Source of the DNA: Mobula hypostoma
Lineage: Eukaryota
Direction of reading: 5' to 3'
Length of the DNA stretch: 64,000 nucleotides
Assembly: GCF_963921235.1 (NCBI RefSeq)
Contig: NC_086108.1
Coordinates: forward strand, 24,366,001 to 24,430,000
Below the pieces are notes generated by a model. That model did no database searches, was not told the origin of the DNA, and was given only the letters and a program-made list of their open reading frames with translations. A program made the position numbers and the translations under genes. How positions within the stretch are numbered: the first letter of the stretch is position 1; each line of letters opens with the position of its first letter. Shown here piece by piece: positions 48,752-59,756 of this stretch.

Positions 48752-49553
48752 CACTGGACAACAAATATATTGTTTCCTAAATACCTTTGAGTTTATCTTA
48801 TGGATTTTTGGCTGCTGATCTTGAAAGTCACCATGAAATTTCCCTGTCGTGCCCATTTAAAAAAAAATTGCCTGTATTTGTTATTTCAATTCACAATTCA
48901 TTGGAAGAACCAATGCCAAGATTAAGGAAGGGATTTTTGTTGGCCCACAAATCAAGCAGATCATCAATAACAGGCAATTCGAAGAATTTCTAGTGGGACC
49001 AGAGAAAATCAAATGGAAGGCACTCAAGGATATTGTTGAAAACTTTCTTGGCAACTACTAAGCACCAAACTACGTGTAGTTGGTTGACAACATGCTTCAA
49101 GCATACAAAACCATTAAGTGCAATATGTTATTAAAGATTCATTTTCTGCATTCCCATTTGGACTTCTACCCTGCAAATCTTGACACCGTCAGTGATGAGC
49201 TTGGTGAAAGATTTCACCCAGATATTGTGGTCATGGAGAAACAGTATCAGGGCAACTGGAATCCATCAATGCTGGCTGATAATCATTGGACACTTAAGTA
49301 AGAAGCCTCAAGCACTGACTACAAATGAAATAATCAAAAAAACATTTTTAGCTTAGTTGTACTATCGCAAAGCATCAGCACTGTTAAGCAATTCAAAGGA
49401 TTATCCTCAATAAAAGTTAATTTATCATTTCTCCAAAGTTCTATGTGATGCAAGTAGTCTGACATTATATCTGTGTTCAACTTCAAGTTGTCTATCATAA
49501 ACTAAAAAAAAATCTGAGGAAGCAACACTTTCGAAAAAGATTGTTGTCCAGTA
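48752..49553 (+). mobile_element. Internally deleted Chapaev3-like (CMC) DNA transposon
   Basis: TIRs cactggacaacaa and ttgttgtccagta; AKIKEGIFVGPQIK, ENFLGN, LKIHFLHSHLDF, VSDELGERFH, MEKQYQG.W...MLAD..W; probable 3-bp TSD (ctc/cta). Confidence 0.8.
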
Positions 49554-50470
49554 CTATCATCCAGTAACACTTGTATCCACAGAATAGTTTTGACAGGTTA
49601 GTGATGAGGGAAACCAACTCCTGCCTGAGAAGAGACTTAGATCTGCTCCAATTTGCCTACCAAAACAACAGGTCCACAGCAGATGCCACTTCATTGACTC
49701 TTCACTCCACCCAGGAACATCTGGACTATAAAGATCGATACATCAGGATGTTTTTCATTGACTGTAGCTTGACATTCGGTAATATCATCCCCTCAAAACT
49801 AATCAGTAAACTTCAAGATCTTAGCCTCATTACCTCCTGTGTAACTGAATCCTCAATTTCTTCACTTGCAGACACCAGTCAGTTTGGATTGACAACAACA
49901 TCTCCTCCACAATCTTCATCAGTACAGGTACACCTCAAGGCTGTGTTCTTAGCCCCCTGCTCTACTTGTTTTACACTTATGACTGTGTGTGGCTAAGTAC
50001 AGATCCAATGCTATATTTAACTTTTCTGTTGGCCCCACTATTATAGGCCAAGTCAAAGCTGATGATGAATCAGCATTTAGGAAGGAGATTGAAAATCTGG
50101 CAGAGTGGTACCACAACAGCAACCCCTTAACTCAATATCAGCAAGACCAAGGAGCTGATTATTGACTTCAGGAGGAGGAAACCAGAGATCCATGAGTCAG
50201 TCTTCATTGGAAGATCAGAGGTTGAGAGGGTTGGCAACTTTAAATTCCTGGGTGTTATAATTTCTAAGGACCTATCTTGGGCCCAGTGCAATTACGAAGA
50301 AAGCATGGCAGTGCCCCTACTTCCTTTGGAGTTTGTGAAGATTCGGCCTGACATCTAAATCTTTGACAAACTTCTGTAGATGTGTGGTAGAGAGTACTGT
50401 ATATTGACTGGCTGCATCACAGCCTGGTATGGAAACACCAATGCCCTTCACCAGAAAATCCTACAAGATG

Positions 50471-50600
50471 TCACAAGCATGAGAAAATCTGCAGATGCTG
50501 GAAATCCAAAGCAACACATACACAAAAATGCTGAAGGAACTCAGCAGGTCAGGCAACGTCTAAGGAAAAGAGTTTCAGGTTGAGATCATTCTTCAGGATT
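50471..50600 (-). mobile_element. PLE 3'-repeat fragment, nested
   Basis: gagaaaatctgcagatgctggaaatccaaagcaacacatacacaaaaatgctgaaggaactcagcagg. Confidence 0.75.
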
Positions 50601-51131
50601 ACTTTCCTGCAAAAAGTAGTGGCTATGTCCTAGTCCATCATGGGTAAAGACCTCTCCACCATTGAGGATGTCTACACAGAGCATTGATGCAGGAAAGCAG
50701 CATCCATCTTAAGGGACTCCCACCATCCATGTCATGTTCTACTTTCATGGCTGCCATCAGGAAAATGGTACAGGAGCCTGCAGACTCACATTGTCAGGTT
50801 CAATAACAGCTACTACCCCTCAACCATCAAGCTCTTGAACCAGTGTGGATAACTTCACTCAACTTCACTCACCCCATCATTGAACTGTTCCCACAACCTA
50901 TGGATTCACTTTCAAAGACTCTTCATCACATGTTCTCAAAATTTATTGCTTATTTATTATTCTTTCTTTCTTTTTTGTATTTGCACGGTTTGCTGTCTTT
51001 TCTGTACTGGTTGTCTGCATTCCTGGTACAGTCTTTCATTATTTTCATTATGATTATTGGATTTATTGAGTATTCCTGCAAGAAAATGAATCTCTGGATT
51101 GTATATGGTGATATTTATGTACTTTGATAAT

Positions 51132-52198
51132 GTTGTTGTTGTTGTTCATCCTTCGTAGTCGAAGATGACCATGGCTTCAAAGTCAAATGGGAGATTGGTG
51201 GCTATGGGTCCGGAGGTGACTGATGAGGCCAATCTGGGCCCTGAAGACTCCCCCACATATGGGACACAAGTGGGTGGGTGCTGTCGTGGCAGTGGATGCT
51301 GCTCGGGCCTTGCGCACAGCACGCTTTCATTGCGCCTCGATGATGCGCCTGACTTCAGCTGCACGGGCTCCTGTGGTGATCTTGCTGCGCCAAGCTGGAC
51401 GGTCGAGGGCAAGCATCTCCCACGTGTTGATGTCGACACCCAGGCCTTTGAGGGAAGCTTTGAGGCAGTCTTTGCAACGTTTCTTCTGCCCCCCGACTGA
51501 GCGCTTGCCCTGACACAGTTCTCTGTACAGCAGCTGCTTAGGCAATCGGCTGTCTGGCATTCTGACCACATGTCCAGCCCACCTGGCTTGGGCTTTCAGC
51601 AGGAGGGTGTAGACACTGCAGAGCCCAGCTCGTTCCAGGATTTCCGTGTCAGGGACTTTGTCCTGCCACCTGATGTGGAGGAGTCTGCGGAGACAGCTCA
51701 GGTGAAAGTGGTTGAGCTGTTTGGCCTGTCTGCTGTAGACAGTCCAGGTCTCGTTGGTGTAAAGGAGGGTGGTAAGGACCACTGCACAGTAGACCTTCAG
51801 CTTGGTGGTAAGGCTGAGTCCTCTCCGCTCCCAGACGTTCTCACGGAGTCTCCCAAGGTGGCGCTGGCTTTGGCAATCCTGTTGTTGACCTCAGCGTCTA
51901 TATTCACTGCGCAAGAGAGTATGCTGCCCAGGTAGGTGAAGTTGTCGACTGCCTGGAGGTTCTGGCCCTTCACCGTGATACGCGGCTCCTGGTATGGCTT
52001 TCCTGGGGCAGGCTGGTACATAACTTCGGTTTTTTTGGTGCTAATAGTGAGTCCGAAGTTGTCGCAGGCTTGTGAGAAGCAGTCCATTTCACGCTGCATC
52101 TCCTGCTCTGTGCTGGCGTTGAGTGCGCAGTCATCAGCAAACAAGAAGTCTCTGATGACAGTCTCTTGCACCTTTGTAACTGCCTGCAGGCGCCTAAG
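51132..52198 (-). mobile_element. Young 5'-truncated RTE-clade LINE with (CAA)n tail and 8-bp TSD
   Basis: FLFADDCAL, FTYLGSILS, LLYTNETW, RWAGHVVRM, C-terminal CPICG...LISHLRTH; ttgataat at 51124-51131 and 52199-52206. Confidence 0.92.
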
Positions 52199-52422
52199 TT
52201 GATAATAAGTTTACTTGGAACATACACAAATTGGCCACTGGAATAGGTACAGGAGGTAACGTAGGTACCGTGTGTACATGGGACAGAAACCTTAGATTAA
52301 TCTTGGAGAAGGTTAAAAAGTTGGCTAAAAGGCTTGGAGTGTGTTGTACACTTCTGTGTTCTCTGTGTATTGAAGATTACATATAACTTTGACTTCATCT
52401 AGATCAAGTTAAATGTAGATGT

Positions 52423-53246
52423 TGTTGCATACCTCGTGGGTATTTTGTGCCTGTCTTATGACCATGAGTATCTTGAGAGCATGATGTAATGGTCTTGTGA
52501 TGGTGGGGTGATGTAATTTTCCCGCCAGTGTGAGGTCACGTGATGACACGTTCCCTACAGGCATATAAAAGGGAAACCCGGTTATCACGTGGTTGATTCA
52601 TTGTTTAATTCATCAGTTACTCTGTTATGCTGCGTATTCATCTCATGACACAGTTTTTGTTTTAAAGTGGAGTTTTACTTTCTATTGTAAGGTAAAATTG
52701 TTGAGCCAGCAGTATTGCCAATTGCTGCCAGTTTTTGTGTGTTGCACCTTTACAGTCTTGTATTGGAGAGTGAAGTACGGGAACCCGAAGGATTGAGTAA
52801 AGTTGGTGTCGTTCGGTGGTTTTATAAAGGATCAACCTTATTGAATCTTTGTTCAGGAACAGTGGCCTGCATCTGAGATGGCCCCTGCAAGATCAAGAAG
52901 GTTTGTGCAGTTTTTACCATCCAGGAAAAAAACCAGTTCCCTTAAGGCATTTTATTTCCTTCGTTGTGAATCCTTCGGACAGGATCAGCAGTAACGTCAC
53001 ATCTTCGAAGAAACCTGTTTTCAGAGAAGTCTGTTCTTACTAACTGTACAAATCGCTTGGACTTTAAGACTGTGTTCGAATTTACTACTTTAAGAACTGT
53101 TCCAGAGTTGCCGTACAGCAGTTAACTTCCAGTTAAGTTAGTCGTTTGAATACTTTTTGCTATTGTTGAGCAGAGTTTAATAAGTGTTTATGTTTGCTTA
53201 TAAAACCTGACTCAATTCTATATTCATTGTTGCTGGTCATGTGACA
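52423..53246 (+). repeat. 5' LTR (824 bp)
   Basis: tgttgcatacctc...ggtcatgtgaca, homologous to 58105-58947; TATAAAA at 52564. Confidence 0.95.
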
Positions 53247-53251
53247 AAAAT

Positions 53252-53269
53252 TGGGGGCTCATCCGGGAT
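53252..53269 (+). promoter_or_regulatory. Primer binding site complementary to tRNA-Pro
   Basis: tgggggctcatccgggat, one mismatch to the tRNA-Pro PBS TGGGGGCTCGTCCGGGAT, just downstream of the LTR. Confidence 0.9.
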
Positions 53270-53376
53270 TGTTCTGATTTTGACCTTAAGTGCTTGGTTT
53301 AATTATCAATCTGATTTGAAAAAGGGAAATACCCGATTCTTTTGTTTGATTGGTCTGTGGGTGGTATTCGGCAGCA

Positions 53377-54465
53377 ATGAATATTGACGACTTTATGTCA
53401 ACACCAAACTCGGAGGTATTAGTGAAGGCGAAAAAGTATGATGTATCCGAGATTGCTAGAAGGTTGGACCTTAAAGGAATTTCAAAGGTTAGAACAAAGC
53501 CAGTAATTCAGAGGAAAATAGCAGAATATTATATAAATTTGGGTGATTTTCATAAAGAAGTGTTAGATATGTTTCCAATGAGTAATCTAGAGATGAAATT
53601 ACATATTGAACAGATGAAGTTGGAATTATTTAAAGCGGAGGTGGCCGAAAGAAAAGCCAACAGGAGAAGGGAGTTTGAAGAAAGAGAAGCAGATAAACAG
53701 AGGGAATTTGAGCTAGTGATGGAGAAATTAAAGATGCAGAATCAGTCCTCTGGCTCTTGGAAACTGTTTGTTGCTAGTCGGGAAGTTATATTGTCTCCTC
53801 CATTTAATGAGACAGAAGTGGATAAATATTTCCAACATTTTGAAATTATTGCTCTGATTTCAGGGTGGCCGAAAGATAAATTACCAGTGATGTTACAAGG
53901 TGTAATTAAAGATAATGCACAAAAAGTTTATACAGCTTTAACTGCTGAGCGAGCACTTGATTACGATATTGTGAAGCAGCATATACTGAAAGCATATGAA
54001 CCGATTCCAGAAGCTTACAGAGAAAGATTCAGAAATTTGAATAAATCCATGGAAAAAACTTATGTGGAATTTGCCTATGATAAATCTGCATGTTTTGAGC
54101 AATGGGTTTCCTCTAAAAATGTGAATGGGGAGTATAATAAATTAAAAGAGTTGATTTTAATGGAGGAACTTAAAAGGTGCGTCCCTGTTGACATAATGAT
54201 ATACTTAAATGAGAGAGACACTGCTACATTGCAGGAGTCTGCTAAATTAGAAGATGAGTATGCTTTTATCCATAAGAGTAAATTTCTTCTGGGTAGAACT
54301 TTTAAAAGGAAAAATAGCACAGTAGACAGTCAAGGTAAACCTGAAATTAGCTCAGAAGTTAGTGAGAAAAGTAAGGATGAACGGAAACATGTGAAGGAAA
54401 GACATCTTGGTCATTTTTGTAATTATTGTAAGAAACCTGGTCACGTAATTGCTAACTGTTTCTGA
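53377..54465 (+). CDS. gag: Gag (coiled coil, capsid/SCAN-related region, CCHC zinc knuckle)
   Basis: YFQHFE...W..., DYDIVKQHILKAYE..PEAYRERFR, CNYCKKPGHVIANC. Confidence 0.88.
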   Translation: MNIDDFMSTPNSEVLVKAKKYDVSEIARRLDLKGISKVRTKPVIQRKIAEYYINLGDFHKEVLDMFPMSNLEMKLHIEQMKLELFKAEVAERKANRRREFEEREADKQREFELVMEKLKMQNQSSGSWKLFVASREVILSPPFNETEVDKYFQHFEIIALISGWPKDKLPVMLQGVIKDNAQKVYTALTAERALDYDIVKQHILKAYEPIPEAYRERFRNLNKSMEKTYVEFAYDKSACFEQWVSSKNVNGEYNKLKELILMEELKRCVPVDIMIYLNERDTATLQESAKLEDEYAFIHKSKFLLGRTFKRKNSTVDSQGKPEISSEVSEKSKDERKHVKERHLGHFCNYCKKPGHVIANCF

Positions 54466-54599
54466 CTGAAGAAGGGGAAGGAAGCAGTCCCAGATGATTG
54501 TGTGCAACATATTGAAACACCTGTAAATCTACAGGGTTCAAAAAAATACAAATGAAGCTTTGTCAGAGTCTGACCAAGTTAAGAGGGGATATGATCATT

Positions 54600-57500
54600 T
54601 TATAACCGAAGGAGGGATCCACTCCGGTGCCAATAAAAATCCTTAGGGGTACTGGAGCTTCTCAGTCACTTATGTTAGACAGTGTTCTAAAGTTTAGTGA
54701 TGAGTCTGACACTAGTGCGGTGAACTATATACGAGGTGTTGGGAGTGCCCTTATGCCTGTACATTTGAATAAATTAAATTTAAGGTCAGGGTTAGTTACA
54801 GGACCTGTTAAAGTAGGGCTACAACCCAGTTTACCCGTGAATGATGTTTCTCTATTGCTAGGGAATGACTTAGCAGATGGGCAAGTTTTTCCTGAAGTGC
54901 ATTTGACAATAAAGCCCATCTCTGAGGAACCAAAGATGGATTCTAACACGGATTCCTCCTGTGTTGTAACCTGAGCTATTGCCAAAAGGATTGAAGTGTA
55001 GGATGGGTCTGCTACCCATGACTGTTCAACTCAGGATTCGATTTTTGAAGATGTGTCAGAAACTTTCTTACCTTCATTGTTTGATCAAGATTCTTGTAGT
55101 AAGTCTGACCATTAAGATTTGTCTCTGTCTCGGACAGAGATGATACCAGAGCAGAGTAGAGACCCTGAGATTAACCAATTAAAGGAACAGTGATAGTGAA
55201 ATTGAAAAGGTGCCAGTGGATATTATTTTGAGAAGGGAGTATTAATGAGGAAGTGGAGATCACCTACAATTCCTGCAAGTGAGGAATGGAATGTTTTTCA
55301 ACAGGGTAATAGTTCCTAAAGGTGATCGGAATGAGATTTTAACTTTGGCTCATAGTATGCACTTGGGTGGCCATCAAGGTGTGAAGAAAACTTCAAGCAA
55401 GATTTTTAAACATTTTTACTGGCCTTGTTTATGAAAAGATGTGGAAATATTTTGCCAAGCGTGTCATACTTGCCAAATTGTGGGTAAACCTAATCAAGTT
55501 ACTCCAGTGGCCCCACTGCAACCTATCACTACACTTGGTGAACCGTTTTCCAAAATTATTGTAGATTGTGTAGGCCTGTTGCCAAAAACTAAAGCGGGCC
55601 ATCAATATTTGCTGACCATCATGTGCACAGCTTCTAGGTTTCCAGAGGCAATACCACTTAGGAATATAATGGATAAAACTGCAATAAAGGCTCTTATAAA
55701 ATTGTTTACTTACTTTGTATTACCTAAGGAGATTCAATCTGATCAAGGTAGTAATTTTATGTCTGGATTTTTCCAGCAGATAGTTTATAAACTGGGTGCC
55801 AAACAGATTACCTTGTCTGCATACCACCCAGAATGGCAAGGAGCCTTGGAGAGGATCCATTCTACCCTAAAAACTATGATTAGGATGTATTGTGTGGAAA
55901 ATGAAAATGATTGGGATGAGGGCGTACATTTACTTCTGTTTGCTGTACGGGAGTCAGTGCAGGAACCCCTAGGTTTTAGTCCTTTTGAACTTGTGTTTGG
56001 GCATAGAGTTAGAGGACCTTTGGCCTTGTTAAAAGAACAGTGGATTAATAAAGAGGTACATATTAATTTGCTGGATTATGTTTTAAATTTAAAGAAAGAT
56101 TACATAACGCTTGTAGCCTGGCTAGGGTAAATTTAAAATTGACTCAGGAGAAAATGAAAACTTGGTATGATAAAGAAGCTAGAATTAGGTCATTTAAGCC
56201 TGGAGATAAAGTGTTGGTTCTTTTCCCAGTGCAAACGAATCCTTTACAAGCTAAATTTCATGGTCCTTATGAGGTTATATCTAAAGTTAATGATATGGAT
56301 TATGTGATAAAAATACCAGATCGAAGAAGGCTAACACAGCTTTGTCGTATAAATATGATAAAACCATATTATGAGAGACAGTCCGCTACTATGACTGTTG
56401 TGGTCAATAATAATGAGTCTGATCCCACTAGGAACTTAATGTATGATTCATCTGTAACTCATTTTAAACCCAACATTATTTCTGCTGGATTACTAAACTC
56501 AAAAATTCTGGAAAATATTGATGAGAAGTTAGCTCATTTACAGCCAGAGCAGAGGCAGCAGATGAAGCAATTATTTTTAAATATAGGCATATATTTCCAG
56601 ACGTTCCTAAAAGAACCACAGTAGCTTCACATGATGTAGATGTTGAAGATGCCAAATCCATAAAGCAACATCCTTATTGGATGAACATGGAAAAATGTGA
56701 ACTTGCTGATCAAGAAGTTAAGTATATGTTAGAGAATAATATTATTAGACCTTTTAATTCGAATTGGAGTCACCTTGTGTTATGATGCCTAAGCCAGTTA
56801 GTAGTATTCAGTTTTGTACTGATTACAGGAAGGTGAATGCTGTGACAACAACTGATGCGTATCCTATCCCTGGAGTGGATGATTGTGTGGACAATGTTGG
56901 AAAAGCAAAGTTCCTTACAAAGATTGATTTGTTGAAGGGTTGTTGGTGTGTTCCATTACGGATAGAGGTAGAGAGATTTCTGCATTTGTAGCCCCATCTG
57001 GATTACACAAATATAATGTTCTTCCCTTTGGGATGAAGAATGCACCAGGTACTTTCCAGTGGATGATTAATTCTGTGATTCATAGGTTGAAAGATACCGA
57101 TGCCTATATTGATGATTTAGTTACAGGAAATGATACTTGGGAAGCACATATTACTGTGGTGGAGAAATGATTTGAAAGGCTTTCAAAAGCTAAATTAACT
57201 ATTAACTTAGCTAAAAGTGAATTTGGTCATGCCACTGTGACCTACCTTGGTTATGTTGTGGGTCAGGGTAAGTTAGCTCCTGTTCAGGCAAAAGTTCGGG
57301 CAATTTTAGAGGTACCCATTCCAACTGGTAAAAAGACTCTCAGAAAATTCTTAGGAATGGTAGGATATTACCGCAAATTTTATAAGAATTTTGCTGACAT
57401 TGCCCTTCCATTAACTAACCTCTTGAAGAAAAATGAAAAGTTTGTTTGGACAGAGCCTTGTCAGGAGGCATTTGATAAATTGAAAACTATGCTATGTCAT

Positions 57501-57910
57501 CAACCTGTGCTCAGGTCACCTGACTTTGAAAAACCATTTTCATTAGCTGTAGATGCCAGTGATGAGGTTGCAAGAGCAGTGTTACTCCAAAGGGATGAGG
57601 GTGATGAGGTTGATCTTCCAGTAGCTTACTTTTCTAAGAAATTTAATTTGCATCAAAGAAATTATTCAACCATAGAAAAGGAATTATTATCCCTTGTTTT
57701 GGCGTTACAACATTTTGATGTGTATGTTGGTACAACTCAGAAACCACTCATAGTTTACACCGATCATAATCTGTTAGAGTTTTGAGTAAGATGAAAAACA
57801 AAAATAGAAGGTTACTGAATTGAAGTTTGATGTTACAGAAGTATAATATTTTGATAACTCATATTAAAGGCAAAGATAATGTAATTGCTGACTGTCTATC
57901 TAGATGTTGA
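54600..57910 (+). pseudogene. pol: Pol with stops and frameshifts, order protease-integrase-RT-RNase H
   Basis: ILRGTGASQS (54.6 kb); GGHQG, CHTC, VDCVG, SDQGSNF, ERIHSTLK, GPYEV (55.3-56.3 kb); TDYRKVN, KIDL, PFGMKNAP, YIDD (56.8-57.1 kb); VDASD, YSTIEKE, YTDH (57.5-57.8 kb). Confidence 0.93.
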
Positions 57911-58095
57911 ATGTACAATGTAATTTTTTTATGGAGTGGTATTTTAACATTTTTAACACTCCTACTGTACATTACTTTGTAAGGTGCTGTATGATAATAC
58001 TATGTATATTGTGTATGTTGTAGATTTCATACATCTGTTTTTTTGTAAATAGTTGTTAAAATTTTGCTCATAAAAGACCAAAATTTTCCCTTTTT

Positions 58096-58104
58096 GGAGG
58101 GAGG
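58096..58104 (+). promoter_or_regulatory. Polypurine tract
   Basis: ggagggagg immediately before the 3' LTR. Confidence 0.85.
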
Positions 58105-58947
58105 TGTTACATACCTCATGGGTATCTTGTGACTCCTTTATGATCATGATGTAATTGAGTACCTTGTGAGCATGATGTAATGGTCTTGTGATGGTGGGGT
58201 GATGTAATTTTCCCACCAATGTGAGGTCACGTGATGATATGTTCCCTACCGGTATATAAAAGGGAAACCCCTGTTGTCACACAACTGATTCATTGTTTAA
58301 TTCGTCATTTACTCTGTTATGCTGCGTATTCATCTCATGATGCAGTTTGCGTTTTAAAGCGGAGTTTTACTTTCTATTGTAAGGGAAAATCGTTGTGTCG
58401 GCAGTTTTGCCAATCGCTGCCAGTTTTTGTGTTTACATTTACAGTCTAGTACTGGAGAGTGAAGATATTACTAAAGTACGGGAACACGAAGGATTGAGTA
58501 AAGTTGGTGTCATTCGGCAGTTTTATAAAGGATCGACCTTAATGAATCTTCGCTCAGGAATAGTGGCCTGCATCTGAGATAGGCCCTGCAAGATTAGGAA
58601 GGTTTGTGCAGTGTTCACCATCCAGGGAAAAGGTTAGTTCCTTTAAGCAGTTTTATTTCTTTCCTCGTGAATCCTTCGGACGGGATCAGCAGTAACATGT
58701 CGTCTTCGAAGAAATCCGTTTTCCGAGAAGTCTCTCCTTACTGACTATACAATTCACTTGGACTTTAAGACTGCGTTCGAATTTACCACTTTAAGAACGG
58801 CTCCAGAGTTGCCGAATAGCAGCTAACTTCCAGTTAAGTTAGTCATTTGAATACTTTTCATTATTGTTGAGCAGAGTTTAATAAATGATTATGCTTGCGT
58901 ATAAAAACTGACTCAATTCTATATTCATTGTTGCTGGTCATGTGACA
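58105..58947 (+). repeat. 3' LTR (843 bp)
   Basis: tgttacatacctc...ggtcatgtgaca; AATAAA at 58880. Confidence 0.95.
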
Positions 58948-59044
58948 ATGTTTAAAAGTTCTAACTGGCCTCCTGCAAAAGTTGTGCTGAAATTTACCAC
59001 TTTTGGCAAAATATCAGGTAGATGACATTCAAGGTAGATGATAT

Positions 59045-59190
59045 TGTCCTGATGAAATGCCGATGCCCAAAACATTGACTATTTATTGCTCTCCACAGAT
59101 GTTGCCTGAAATGCTGAGTTCTTCCATTCCTCTATCACTTTATTTATGTTCCTCTGGATTTCCAACATCTGCAGAATATCTTGTGTTTAA
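59045..59190 (+). mobile_element. PLE 3'-repeat fragment
   Basis: gtcctgatgaa...cccaaaacattgact...cacagatgttgcctga...gatttccaacatctgcagaa. Confidence 0.7.
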
Positions 59191-59547
59191 GATTACATTC
59201 AAGAACTTGATTAACAGATAGTTTAAACCATAGTTCCTTAAGCTACTATATGCAATAACTTTTCATCCTTGGAAAAATATTTTTCAGTTATAAATTTTTT
59301 CAGTTCTTATATTATTATCAGAAAACAAGATACTGGGAAGTTTTCAAGGAGAAGTTGTTGCATTTCTCTCAACTCTCACCTTGGCCTTGAATCCTTCAAT
59401 TAGATGCTGACTTCAGTAAAATGCCTTAAGATTTGTTTTAACTGCACTGTTTGGCAATGCGAATTTTGATTCAATACAAAATATCTCATTGTAGCTGAGC
59501 TTCAAAGAAGCTAACCAACTTTTTTTTACCTATCAAGGTTGACTTAC

Positions 59548-59756
59548 CTCATACCGGACAAATTCACGTGTGGCTCCTTGTACATGACTGGAGCAAACAT
59601 AATCCCAACCATGAGAATCTTCTCCACAGCACTAACATCATGATAAAGCAAACTGATGTAAATATTAACTTCTACGGTAACTAAAGACCTTACCATTATC
59701 ATCCAGATTGCAGTGCCCTGGGAATTGATGCTAAACATCCATGTGCTTTTGAGTAC
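59548..59756 (-). other. Weak exon candidate
   Basis: tttcAG acceptor, consensus GAG|GTAAGT donor, one frame open throughout; no recognisable protein. Confidence 0.2.

Larger units (their letters stand above)
45112..52221 (+). mobile_element. Decayed, apparently full-length Rex-Babar-type LINE hosting six nested insertions
   Basis: 5' aagatggtgc, APE-like ILLQNVQSLENKI and GGVCF, RT DLLQFAYQNNRSTADA and RMFFIDCS, C-terminal ILTGCITAWYG, tail split by the RTE insert. Confidence 0.85.
52423..58947 (+). mobile_element. Complete, defective Gmr1-like Ty3/Gypsy LTR retrotransposon
   Basis: Paired TG...CA LTRs, ATGT TSD (52419-52422, 58948-58951), PBS, PPT, gag-PR-IN-RT-RH. Confidence 0.95.

Noticed and set aside
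52593..58577. ORFs within the LTRs, and a possible env gene or retroviral identity suggested by the Pro PBS
   Set aside because: The LTR ORFs are short chance frames; only about 190 nt lie between pol and the PPT; the RT and IN motifs are Gypsy-like.
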